Below, one piece after another: positions 10,874 through 20,239 of a stretch of DNA of 64,000 nt; the stretch's first letter is position 1, and each line of letters opens with the position of its first letter. Source of the stretch: an uncultured Haloplasmataceae bacterium (GTDB lineage Bacteria > Bacillota_I > Bacilli_A > Haloplasmatales > Haloplasmataceae); assembly GCA_963824615.1 (NCBI GenBank), contig CAWGPU010000004.1, positions 108,852 through 172,851 of the forward strand, given 5' to 3'. The notes beneath the pieces are model-generated. The model was not told where the DNA came from, ran no database searches, and saw nothing but the letters and a program-made list of their open reading frames with translations. Both the position numbers and the translations under genes were made by a program.

Positions 10874-11383
10874 GTGAGTTATACCACGACTAATGGTCAA
10901 CCCCAAGGATATGCGTATACCTTTATTAATAAACTAAGAGAGGCATTGATAGGTGAAATTGTTGCGATTAATGGCTATGCTAATCACATAGCTAATTCAA
11001 ACATGGAACAAATAAATGCTGCCTGGAGAAGTATCATGAAAGATGAAAAAGAACATTATGGCATGTTCTTAACATTAATTCGCAAATATGATCCTATGCA
11101 ATATAATAAATATTTAGAACATATGAACACAAAAGTCAATGTGACTTCTTTACAAACATATCAACCTGAGTATAATAAACAACTTATTCTAAATAACATT
11201 AGGGAGGATGTAAAAGGTGAACTTGAAGCAGTCATTTTATATGAACAGCTTTGGAATGAAATAACAATTGAAGACGTAAAGAATGTATTATATACAGTTA
11301 TACAAACTGAAAAAGGTCATGCTGAGCATCTAACTAGATTATTAATTAATTTTGATCCAGATAAATATGACGGTCTTACATAA
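10874..11383 (+). CDS. ferritin-like superfamily protein (possible CotJC/manganese-catalase-like)
   Basis: GTG start with a GGAGGTG RBS. GEIVAINGYANH...IMKDEKEH resembles the GEL-A---Y and EE--H metal-ligand helices of ferritin-like/CotJC proteins. Its 3' 110 bp is duplicated at 18072-18190. Confidence 0.35.
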   Translation: MSYTTTNGQPQGYAYTFINKLREALIGEIVAINGYANHIANSNMEQINAAWRSIMKDEKEHYGMFLTLIRKYDPMQYNKYLEHMNTKVNVTSLQTYQPEYNKQLILNNIREDVKGELEAVILYEQLWNEITIEDVKNVLYTVIQTEKGHAEHLTRLLINFDPDKYDGLT

Positions 11384-12018
11384 TTAGCGATGCTCATGAT
11401 ACTGATGTTGGAAGATAGCTAGTGGATATTTTTTCATGAGTCGAAAAGACTCATCATTTAAATTTTGAATAGAAATGTTAAAAGGGACTGAATAATTAAT
11501 AATCAGTCCCTTTTCAATTATATTTTACTTATTTATTTCTAAATTTTTATAGCTTTTAAGAAAGAATGCTAGTAAAAACCCAATTATTGAAAGTCCCGTT
11601 AGTAACCAAATAGAATCATGGAAACCATTTACCATAGCTTGTGAAACTTGAGTCTGCATGGCAACAGGTAAATCTGAAATTTTAATGATTGATTTTTGCC
11701 AATACTTGTTATATGAAATTGTGTAAGAACTGGCGTAAGGTGAAACACTTCGCGTGCTTGGAAATAAGATACAACTACACGTTTTGGTAGTTTATTACTT
11801 AATGCGGTTCCAAGTCACGTAACGACACTTTGAGGAAATAAAGCGAGACCAGTCACCAGTACTGTCTGTATTTTTTGCATGAAGACGGGAATTAGAACTA
11901 ACATAGAAAACATGATGACCGCAGCTAACGTACAGATAAGTATTGAGATTGCCGCATTTGAACTTTTAAGTAATCTTAAGTTTACTACAGAGTGTTTACG
12001 ATTGTAACTCCATATAAT
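11262..12018. repeat. direct repeat copy A (~90% identical to 18072-19078, with a ~250-bp internal deletion)
   Basis: By-eye alignment: 11262-11520 matches 18072-18330, and 11520-12018 matches 18330-19078 minus about 18565-18815. Confidence 0.8.
11520..12018 (-). pseudogene. decayed 3' fragment of an MFS (DHA2-type) efflux transporter gene, paralogous to 18321-19829
   Basis: Nucleotide identity to the C-terminal 250 codons of the intact MFS gene. There is no intact ORF, and internal deletions and indels are present. Confidence 0.7.
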
Positions 12019-12236
12019 ATTAATTTATGATAACTACTTTGACAAACAACGACCTAAATTATAAAACAGGTTGGCATTTTCATAAACAAATATCGACAAA
12101 AGTATGCTAATAATTAAGTTAATTACTTATTATGTATAATTTACTGCATCGAATTTTGCAAAAGAATGCCGATTACATTGAAAATTACTAAAAGCCGAAT
12201 TATGATTATGTTAATAAGATGAGAGGAGGATATTTT

Positions 12237-12359
12237 ATGACATCAATTAATTACTATGCTTTCAATCTAAAAAGTCATTTGAGAAGTGTTTGGTTTGTTG
12301 TTTTAATTCCTATTTTATTAATTCTTGGGGTAAGAAACAGTTATAAAAAATATACCTAA
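12237..12359 (+). CDS. small hydrophobic protein (40 aa, MTSINYYAFNLKSHLRSVWFVVLIPILLILGVRNSYKKYT)
   Basis: Strong RBS GAGAGGAGGA 7 nt upstream. It has a single predicted TM helix and lies immediately 5' of IS607 tnpA. Confidence 0.3.
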   Translation: MTSINYYAFNLKSHLRSVWFVVLIPILLILGVRNSYKKYT

Positions 12360-12381
12360 ATCTATCTAAATATGAATATAA

Positions 12382-13020
12382 ATGAATAGAATTGGGGAAA
12401 TTAATATTGAGGTGGTCAATATTAAAATATCAATAAATAAAGCCAGTGAAATAGTTGGTGTGTCAATTAATACATTGAGAAGGTGGGAAAAAGAAGGGAA
12501 AATTACATCTGAACGAACAAAAGGAGGACATAGACGTTACGATAATAACTCCTTATTGGGATTAATAAACAAAGGGAATGAAAAACTTAGTATCGCATAC
12601 TGTAGAGTATCATCATTTGATCAAAAAGATGATTTAATAAGACAGATTAACACGGTATCAGAATATTGTATTGCTAGAGGATATCAATTTAGGATTATAC
12701 AAGATTTAGGTAGTGGACTGAATTATAATAAAAAAGGATTAAAAGAACTAATAGAATTAATATGCAGCCAAAGAATCAATCGAATCATCATCAATTATAA
12801 AGATAGGCTAATAAGATATGGATATGAAATCATAGAAAATATATGTGAGCTAAACGGTGTTAAAATCGAAATCATTAATCATACAGAAGATAAAACATAT
12901 GAACAGGAATTAGTAGAGGATGTATTATCTATTATTACAGTTTTTTCTTCAAAATTATATGGAAGTAGAAGCCATAAAATAAAAAAAATCAAAGAGGAAT
13001 TTATAAAACTAATGAAATAA
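12382..13020 (+). CDS. tnpA: IS607-family TnpA: MerR-type HTH fused to a serine recombinase (resolvase) catalytic domain
   Basis: The N-terminus (ASEIVGVSINTLRRWEKEGKI) is a MerR-like HTH. IAYCRVSSFDQKDDLIRQ contains the catalytic Ser of serine recombinases. The size (~200 aa) and the position upstream of tnpB fit IS607. Confidence 0.8.
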   Translation: MNRIGEINIEVVNIKISINKASEIVGVSINTLRRWEKEGKITSERTKGGHRRYDNNSLLGLINKGNEKLSIAYCRVSSFDQKDDLIRQINTVSEYCIARGYQFRIIQDLGSGLNYNKKGLKELIELICSQRINRIIINYKDRLIRYGYEIIENICELNGVKIEIINHTEDKTYEQELVEDVLSIITVFSSKLYGSRSHKIKKIKEEFIKLMK

Positions 13021-13124
13021 AGAGTTAATATGGAAGATAATATTAACTTTTTTAAATATATCAATCATTATTCATTGATAATCAAACAAATGTTTGCTAT
13101 AATGTATATAGGGGAGGTGGTAAT

Positions 13125-14360
13125 ATGATATTTAATAGAAGCGTTGAAATTACTTTTAATAAAAAAGATCAATTGATATTAGATGGTCAAAGTAAAATAT
13201 GTAACTGGTTATATAATCATTTATTAGAGATGGTTAAAAGTGATAAGGTATCCGGATTATTAGAAGGTAGAAATTTACGAAATGAAATACCAAAACTTAA
13301 ACTAGAAAAACCATTTTTAAAAAGTGTTTATTCATCACCATTAAAAAATGTAGCTTTTAGATTAATGTCAACATTTAATGGCTTTTTTAATTATGATAGA
13401 GGGTTTCCTAAGTTTAAATCTTGGAAAGTCAAATGGTTTTCTTTATTTTATGATGAACCTAACAAAGGATATAAAATAATCAATAATAAAGAAATACAGA
13501 TAAATTTAGGAAAAGATAAAGATAATAGACGATTAAAAGTAAATGGCTTATTAAATGAGTCATTACATTTAAAAGAAACCGATCAAATAAAGAATTTTAG
13601 AATCTGTAAAAAACGAAGAAAATTTTATGGCATATTCTGTATAGAGCGAATTGATATTGTCCCAAAACATGTGAACAGTTTTTTATCAATTGACCCTAAC
13701 CATAAGAATTTCTTTGTAGGAATTAATAATAAAGGTGAAAGTATCGAATTTGAGAAAATAACACAAATTCAATATTTTGATAAAGTAATCGATGAAATTA
13801 AATCAAAAAGAGATAGATGTAAAAAAGGTTCGAAAAGGTGGAAAAGATTAAATAGAGTAATAGATAAAACATATCACAAAAAACAAGAACAGATAAAGTC
13901 AATGTGTTATTGTGTATCTAATTATATAGCGAGAAACTATGATTGTGTATTAATAGGTGATTATACTCCTAGTTTAGAAACCGCAAAATACGAAACGATG
14001 CATCGGAGTATGTTAAACCAAACAATCATAGGAAAATTTAGAACGATATTAGAATGGGTGATGATAAGAAGTGGAAAACAATTTAAGTTAGTAGATGAAC
14101 ATGAAACAACGAAAGTATGTTCTATATGTGGTCATAGTGAAAAGAAGAATCCATCGATAAGAGAATTTGTTTGTCGCAATTGTGGGCGACATTTAAATCG
14201 AGATATTAATAGTAGTATAAATATCGCTAAAAAAGGAAATATATTGTCTGACTCGGACTTTGTTAAATGGGAATTATCTCATGTAACATATACTGCAAAA
14301 TGGGATTATAGGAAATCTAGAATCTTATTTACAGGCTATGCATCTAAAAAAGCTGCATAG
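13125..14360 (+). CDS. tnpB: TnpB (OrfB_IS605 RuvC-like RNA-guided endonuclease) with C-terminal zinc finger
   Basis: 411 aa. The C-terminal zinc finger reads CSICGH...CRNCGRHLNRDINSSINIAKKG, and a RuvC-like D...E...D arrangement is present. GGGGAGGTGGTAATATG RBS. This is the canonical TnpB architecture. Confidence 0.85.
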   Translation: MIFNRSVEITFNKKDQLILDGQSKICNWLYNHLLEMVKSDKVSGLLEGRNLRNEIPKLKLEKPFLKSVYSSPLKNVAFRLMSTFNGFFNYDRGFPKFKSWKVKWFSLFYDEPNKGYKIINNKEIQINLGKDKDNRRLKVNGLLNESLHLKETDQIKNFRICKKRRKFYGIFCIERIDIVPKHVNSFLSIDPNHKNFFVGINNKGESIEFEKITQIQYFDKVIDEIKSKRDRCKKGSKRWKRLNRVIDKTYHKKQEQIKSMCYCVSNYIARNYDCVLIGDYTPSLETAKYETMHRSMLNQTIIGKFRTILEWVMIRSGKQFKLVDEHETTKVCSICGHSEKKNPSIREFVCRNCGRHLNRDINSSINIAKKGNILSDSDFVKWELSHVTYTAKWDYRKSRILFTGYASKKAA

Positions 14361-14560
14361 ATGAATTAAATCAAAGATAGGAAAATCTTTGAGCAAAATC
14401 TACCTAATGTTAGATTTTAGACAGATTTAGTTAGATTTTGTAGAGCGGCTACTTGGCTTATTGGAATGTCAATTTACTGTCTTACCCAAGGTTATACAGG
14501 ATTTGTAGGTTCATGGAAGATTGTCAACTGGGGTCTTAGTATTAAATTTAACTGCATTTA
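14200..14560 (+). ncRNA. predicted TnpB-associated omega-RNA (reRNA) scaffold overlapping the 3' end of tnpB and extending downstream
   Basis: Established knowledge: omega-RNAs derive from the tnpB 3' end plus the right element end. A GC-richer structured stretch (gtagagcggctacttggcttattgg...ggttcatggaagattgtcaactggggtc) follows the stop. No structure was computed. Confidence 0.35.
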
Positions 14561-14651
14561 GTTTTGAAATTTTTGCTTATGAAGCACATAATATTATGTG
14601 TTTCATAATTATTAAATGTACTAATGTTAATTAGATGGGAGAATTTTTGGT

Positions 14652-15404
14652 ATGTTAGAGAAAATAATTACCAGCACAAGTATAATTTTTCCAAATAATG
14701 TTTGTATTGAAAATGGTTATATTTACGATAAAACAACTGACTTGAGATTAGATGTTAATACACTAAAATTTAGTAAAATAAATGATTTAGAAAAACAATT
14801 AAATGGTTTTCTATTAATTAACCTTGTTGAAAAAAATATTGTATTTAAGATATTGAAAAGTCTGATACCTTTGGGATGTAATTACAGATATTCAATAGAT
14901 GAAAATAGACATCTTGCTTATAAATTAATATATTTGTTTAAATTAATGTTTAAACAAACTTTAGTTATTCTAGTGTTTATTTTAATGGTAGTCAATCTAT
15001 TGTTTTTATATGTTGATTTAAGTTATTATCTCTTTATTTTGAAGAATTTTGCTATTATTTATATTAATATTTTGTTATCTATATATTTACATGAAACAGG
15101 ACATTTAATTAAAACTTTCATTAAAAAAGAAAAATCTGATGTTATTTTTTCTGGGTTTTCTCTGTCTGTGCTAATTTCTAATAAAATGAAAGACGACTTC
15201 TTGACTTTATTTTTAGGACCATTTATACCAGTGATTATAGGTTTATGCATGTTGATAATTTCAAATAATCGTCATATAGGGAACAACCTAGAAATAAATT
15301 TATATTTTATATCTTTTATATACTTAGTCCACTTCATAAATTTTTTCCCCTTTACAACCGATGGAAGAAATATGTTCAAATATCAATTTAAGAAGAATCC
15401 ATAG
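14652..15404 (+). CDS. membrane protein with intramembrane HExxH motif (putative metalloprotease-like, M50/CPBP-type)
   Basis: The C-terminal half is polytopic. YLHETGHLIK (HETGH) is embedded in a hydrophobic segment. The N-terminal ~100 aa are soluble. Confidence 0.35.
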   Translation: MLEKIITSTSIIFPNNVCIENGYIYDKTTDLRLDVNTLKFSKINDLEKQLNGFLLINLVEKNIVFKILKSLIPLGCNYRYSIDENRHLAYKLIYLFKLMFKQTLVILVFILMVVNLLFLYVDLSYYLFILKNFAIIYINILLSIYLHETGHLIKTFIKKEKSDVIFSGFSLSVLISNKMKDDFLTLFLGPFIPVIIGLCMLIISNNRHIGNNLEINLYFISFIYLVHFINFFPFTTDGRNMFKYQFKKNP

Positions 15405-15413
15405 GAGGAAATA

Positions 15414-16142
15414 ATGATTGAAATTAAAAATCTAACAAAAAAATTCAAAAACAAAATTGCAGTAAATGACGCTTCCCTTGAAATTAAAAACGGGAAAATA
15501 ACGGGGATTATTGGTCCTAATGGATGTGGGAAAACAACGCTAATTAATTGTTTACTTGATATTTATAAATATGATGGATCAATTACATACGATAAAACTG
15601 ATCTTATAAATAAATTATTTGCATATGTACCCGATGAATTATTACTCCCTAATAAATTAACTGGAAAAGAATATACGCAATTTATTCTCTCTCTTTATGG
15701 AATTAAGGATTCAAATAAGTTAGACAAGCTTCTGTTGTTATATGATATGAAAAATTGTTTTAATAACTTAATCGATACCTATTCATTTGGAATGAAAAAA
15801 AAGTTACAACTAATCTGTGCTTTTTCATTAAACTGTCCATATATTGTTTTAGATGAACCTTTTAGAGGACTTGATATAGAATCCATACTTATTACCAAAA
15901 AACTTATCACTATGTTTATTGGTCTTGGTCTTGGTATTTTTATATCATCACATGAACTTTATAGTATGGAAACCATGTGTGATTCTGTTATCATTATGAG
16001 TGAAGGAAAAGTTTTGATGCAAGGGAAGCCTAAAGATTTATTTAAAGAGTACGAAGTAGATAGCTTAGAAGTTCTTTTTGTAGAAAAGGCCGTATCAGTG
16101 ACTAGAAGGGAATTAATAGATGAAATCATTACAGATTTTTAA
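15414..16142 (+). CDS. ABC transporter ATP-binding protein
   Basis: Walker A GPNGCGKTT, signature-like SFGMKKKLQL and Walker B IVLDEP. GGAGGAAATAATG RBS. Confidence 0.75.
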   Translation: MIEIKNLTKKFKNKIAVNDASLEIKNGKITGIIGPNGCGKTTLINCLLDIYKYDGSITYDKTDLINKLFAYVPDELLLPNKLTGKEYTQFILSLYGIKDSNKLDKLLLLYDMKNCFNNLIDTYSFGMKKKLQLICAFSLNCPYIVLDEPFRGLDIESILITKKLITMFIGLGLGIFISSHELYSMETMCDSVIIMSEGKVLMQGKPKDLFKEYEVDSLEVLFVEKAVSVTRRELIDEIITDF

Positions 16143-17571
16143 ATACATTGTAAAACTTTGGTTTTCAGAGATTACTTCACTCTTAAACAACTCGGCTAAA
16201 AAATTAATAGCATTGTTTTCATTGGTCTTTTTTATTGGAGCGTTTAGTTATTTATCATTTATTTTTATGGGTAAATTTTTCTCAATTTTGTTTGAACTAA
16301 ATGACAAATCTCTATTTGATAACATGTTTTACTCGGAAAGTCTATTTATTTCTCTTATAGTTTTTGCAATTTACATATTTATTAAAACCATTACAAGTGA
16401 TCAAAATATGTTAGATTGGCAACTTTGTTGGATGCCTGTAGCCAAAAATCAAGTTCTCATAGCATATTATTTACTTCATTATTTGCTCATTAGCATTATA
16501 TCCATATTATTAGTGGTGCTAATCTATTTCCCTTCATTTATATACTATGGTGGACTTTCCTTTATATTGGTTCAATTAATAGCCAACGGATTATTGCAGA
16601 CATTAATTATGTTTATTTTGTTTACTGCAATATATAATTCATTGTATTTTATTTTTAACATAATTAAACTTGCCGGTGCCAAATATGTTTCATCACTTAT
16701 TTTAATTATTCTATTTGTAGTTTATATAGTTACTAGTATCGATATTTTTGGATTTAAGCCAGAAAATAATATTTTATCTTATTCGTCTTTTTTATTTTAT
16801 AAAAATTTATCTTATGGCAATATAAATATGATTTTTATAGGAATGGTCATATTGTTACTATTGGTTTTATTTGGTTTTTCATTATTTTCAAAAGGTAATA
16901 ATCACTATGCTAGTAATTCAATAGATATTTTAAAAGCTGTTCCAGTGAGCAAAAATTATATAATTAATATATTTATTCTTCAATTAAAATATATGATTAG
17001 GAATATAGAAATTTTAATTAATCTAGTTCTCACTTTCATCATTTTGATAGCATCTTTTTTTATTGAAAATATTATACCTGTGTATATCCTGCTGTTAATG
17101 TTTTATGCATTCTCCACTGCAATGCATGCGATGTATAGTTATGGAAATGAAAGAAAATTTGATTATGTATACAAACTGGCAAATAAGGACAATATAAAAA
17201 TCAATATTTATAGGTTGTTATCATGCACTATATTAACAGTAATTCTGTTTATGATTTATTATCTACTTACATTTAGACATTACTATTTTATACAAACATT
17301 TATATTAGGTATTAGTTTAGCAATTGGTTCATCAATCATACTCTATGCAATTGGGATGATTGTAGTTGTAGAATATGAAAAACCACTAAATTCATTTATT
17401 TCCATTATATTATTTATTTTTATTTCTTGTATTTATTTTAGTTTAAATTATTTTTTATTTACTAAAGTTAGTTTTGCTACATATAGTTTAGCTAATATAA
17501 TTTTATTAATCATATTATTTGATTTTTTTATACTTGCTACAAATAATAAAATGAAGGAGTTGAAATTATGA
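16120..17571 (+). CDS. polytopic membrane protein (putative permease partner of the preceding ABC ATPase)
   Basis: 483 aa with >10 hydrophobic helices, overlapping the ATPase stop. No family motif seen. Confidence 0.45.
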   Translation: MKSLQIFKYIVKLWFSEITSLLNNSAKKLIALFSLVFFIGAFSYLSFIFMGKFFSILFELNDKSLFDNMFYSESLFISLIVFAIYIFIKTITSDQNMLDWQLCWMPVAKNQVLIAYYLLHYLLISIISILLVVLIYFPSFIYYGGLSFILVQLIANGLLQTLIMFILFTAIYNSLYFIFNIIKLAGAKYVSSLILIILFVVYIVTSIDIFGFKPENNILSYSSFLFYKNLSYGNINMIFIGMVILLLLVLFGFSLFSKGNNHYASNSIDILKAVPVSKNYIINIFILQLKYMIRNIEILINLVLTFIILIASFFIENIIPVYILLLMFYAFSTAMHAMYSYGNERKFDYVYKLANKDNIKINIYRLLSCTILTVILFMIYYLLTFRHYYFIQTFILGISLAIGSSIILYAIGMIVVVEYEKPLNSFISIILFIFISCIYFSLNYFLFTKVSFATYSLANIILLIILFDFFILATNNKMKELKL

Positions 17572-17852
17572 GTAAAATAAAGAATCTACTCCCTATTGCT
17601 TCAATTATTTTTATCATCTGGTTTCCTATAACTGTAACGATTGTCTATTTTTCAAATTTATTTTCAAATAACTCAGGAAAGATATTTTTCAATACTATCG
17701 AGTTAAATATAGTTGGAGGTACAGTGTCTACAAATTTTTCAATAAACATTCTTTATGTATTATTGATTGGGTATCTGTTGAATTTTATTTTTATTTTTTT
17801 ATTATATTCAATTTTTTCAAAAACAAGAAAAGATACAGTTGAAGCAAATTAA
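17568..17852 (+). CDS. small membrane protein (94 aa)
   Basis: ATGA overlap with the preceding ORF, and a GGAGTTGAAATTATG RBS. Two predicted TM helices. Confidence 0.3.
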   Translation: MSKIKNLLPIASIIFIIWFPITVTIVYFSNLFSNNSGKIFFNTIELNIVGGTVSTNFSINILYVLLIGYLLNFIFIFLLYSIFSKTRKDTVEAN

Positions 17853-18071
17853 TTTATATAATTATACTTAATAGGAAATTTTGAAATAGATGAAAATGCA
17901 AACGTGCTAAGATAAAGATACATATATTTATAAAGGATATTATGAGTATTTGTCAAATAAAGAAAAAATGAACTCTTGTGTCATTATTGTAGTAAAAAAT
18001 CAATTTCCATTTATTTCTATTTTAGATTCTATTATTGAAAATCACATGTTAAGTTTCATATTTTGGATTTA

Positions 18072-19078
18072 ATTGAAGATGTGTAGAATGTATTATATAC
18101 AGTTATACAAACTGAAAAAGGTCATGCTGAGCATCTAACTAGATTATTAATTAATTTTGATCCAGATAAATATGACGGTCTTACATAATTAGCGATACTC
18201 ATGATAGCGAGGTTGGAAGAATATTTTTTTCATGAGTCGAAAAGACTCATCATTTAAATTTTTAATAGAAATATTAAAAGGGACTGAATAATTAATAATC
18301 AGTCCCTTTTCAATTATATTTTACTTATTTATTTCTAAACTTTTATGGCTTTTAAGAAAAAATGCTAGTAAAAATCCGATTATTGAAAGTCCTGTTAGTA
18401 ACCAAATAGAATCATGGAAACCATTTACCATAGCTTGTGAAACTTGAGCCTGCATGGCAACAGGTAAATCTGAAATTTTAACTGTTGAGTTATGGCCAAT
18501 ACTTGTTATATGAAATTGTTTAAGAACTGGCGTAAGGTGAAACAATTCCCGTGTTTGAAAGTAGGCTACTAGAATTGCTATTCCTACCGCACCGCCAATT
18601 CGTTGCGCGATATTAAATAATGTGTTTCCATCGGTTGTTTCGTGAGATGGCAAACTACCTATTAATTCCATTAATAATGGTTGAATAACAAGACCAACCG
18701 CAAATCCTCGTATAATGAGTAAAGCGGATATTTCCCAAACTGACGTATGATAGTCAACTAATTGTAAACATACCGTACCTAACATGACTAAAAACATTCC
18801 TAGGATTACTGTTTTGCGTATACCTACACGCTTTGGTAATTTATTACCTAATATGGTACCAAGCCCTGTGACGATACTTTGAGGAAATAAAGCAAGTCCA
18901 GTCACCAGTACTGAATGTTCCTGTATTTTTTGCATGAAGACGGGAATTAGAACTAACATAGAAAACATGATAACCGCAGCTAAGGTACAGATGAGTATTG
19001 AGATTGCCGCATTTGAACTTTTTAGTAATCTTAAGTTTACTACAGGGTGTTTACGATTGTAACTCCATATAATATAAA
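18072..19078. repeat. direct repeat copy B (the intact version of 11262-12018)
   Basis: Contains a 110-bp 3' fragment of the ferritin-like gene, the shared bidirectional terminator and the 3' ~750 bp of the intact MFS gene. Confidence 0.8.
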
Positions 19079-19829
19079 TCAATATTAAAAGAGCTCCACT
19101 TGCCCAGTAAGGCCAGGCTTGTAATGATAACCCACCATGAAGCGGAATATTAGATGTTCCAAATGTTAGTAATGCAAGTCCACCAGATAAAAATAATAAA
19201 CCAAGCGGATCAAACTTAACATCCTTACTACCTTTTGTATAAAAGGTATGAGGTATCTTTAAAGTCGCAATAAAACCTATGATACCGATAGGTACGTTAA
19301 TCCAGAATATTAATTGCCATCCTGAAATTTGAATTAATAATCCTCCTATTGTTGGACCTAAAGCAGGAGCTAAGAAAAGGACAATCCCCATCAGTGGCGA
19401 AATAGTATTAAAAATATCACTATCTTTTTCCTTTTTACCACCTAGTAACATTTCCATTGCTAGAGGTAGCATTGGTGCTCCAAACATTCCTTGTAAAATT
19501 CTGGCGACTAGAAGCATTTCGAAATTATTTGATATGGCACATAAAATAGAACCCACCGTGAATCCTACCATACTGATTAAATAAATCCGTAAGGTACCAA
19601 AACGTTTTGCCAAATAAGCACTCGCAGCAAGTACTGCAGCTAAGGCTAAAAGATAACCAGAAATAATCCATTGCATTGTCGTTTCAGATCTATTCAACTG
19701 AAGTGCAATGTTTGGTAACGCCACAGTGACGATATTTGAATCCATCATAGTTAAAAATGGTCCCATTAGTAGTCCTATTTGTGCGATAAGAGTTAGTCGA
19801 TTAATATTTTTTCCATTTTTTTGTTTCAT
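18321..19829 (-). CDS. MFS transporter, DHA2 (14-TMS) drug:H+ antiporter type
   Basis: 502 aa with about 14 hydrophobic segments and MFS motifs (GxLaDRfGrr-like LAKRFGTLRIY). It is divergent from the MarR gene. Confidence 0.75.
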   Translation of the reverse strand: MKQKNGKNINRLTLIAQIGLLMGPFLTMMDSNIVTVALPNIALQLNRSETTMQWIISGYLLALAAVLAASAYLAKRFGTLRIYLISMVGFTVGSILCAISNNFEMLLVARILQGMFGAPMLPLAMEMLLGGKKEKDSDIFNTISPLMGIVLFLAPALGPTIGGLLIQISGWQLIFWINVPIGIIGFIATLKIPHTFYTKGSKDVKFDPLGLLFLSGGLALLTFGTSNIPLHGGLSLQAWPYWASGALLILIYIIWSYNRKHPVVNLRLLKSSNAAISILICTLAAVIMFSMLVLIPVFMQKIQEHSVLVTGLALFPQSIVTGLGTILGNKLPKRVGIRKTVILGMFLVMLGTVCLQLVDYHTSVWEISALLIIRGFAVGLVIQPLLMELIGSLPSHETTDGNTLFNIAQRIGGAVGIAILVAYFQTRELFHLTPVLKQFHITSIGHNSTVKISDLPVAMQAQVSQAMVNGFHDSIWLLTGLSIIGFLLAFFLKSHKSLEINK

Positions 19830-20168
19830 GCAAATTTACCTCCATTATAGTTTATTTATCTAATATCTTTTTTTATATTATAGCAATGTTTAATATGAAC
19901 GCATAGAATATGATTAATTTGGAATATATTTATTGTTAACTTTTACAAGAAATATCTAATCAAAGATGATTTATTTAGGTTTTATGTTCTTCTTATTTTA
20001 TCCTGCGCAATAGTAATTATTTCATAAATAATTATATGTTTTCACATTGAAATCCTCCATATAAATTTGAGTCGCATTGCGACGCGTATTTTCATATATA
20101 GTATATGGTTGAAAGTTGAAAAAGTCAATTACTATTTTTAAAGAAATGTCGACATGTATTCCATAGCC

Positions 20169-20197
20169 TTGACATTATAGATATATCATTGTATTAT
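20169..20197 (+). promoter_or_regulatory. sigma-A-type promoter (TTGACA-17-TATTAT) for the MarR gene
   Basis: TTGACA at 20169-20174 and TATTAT at 20192-20197 are separated by a 17-nt spacer. Confidence 0.45.
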
Positions 20198-20239
20198 AGG
20201 CTTTAACAATATAAATCGTGTTTATGAGGAGGGATTTTA

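Larger units (their letters stand above)
12230..14560 (+). mobile_element. IS607-family element (tnpA-tnpB; ends approximate, this family lacks inverted and direct repeats)
   Basis: Gene pair diagnostic of IS607. The predicted omega-RNA region downstream of tnpB is included. Confidence 0.65.
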
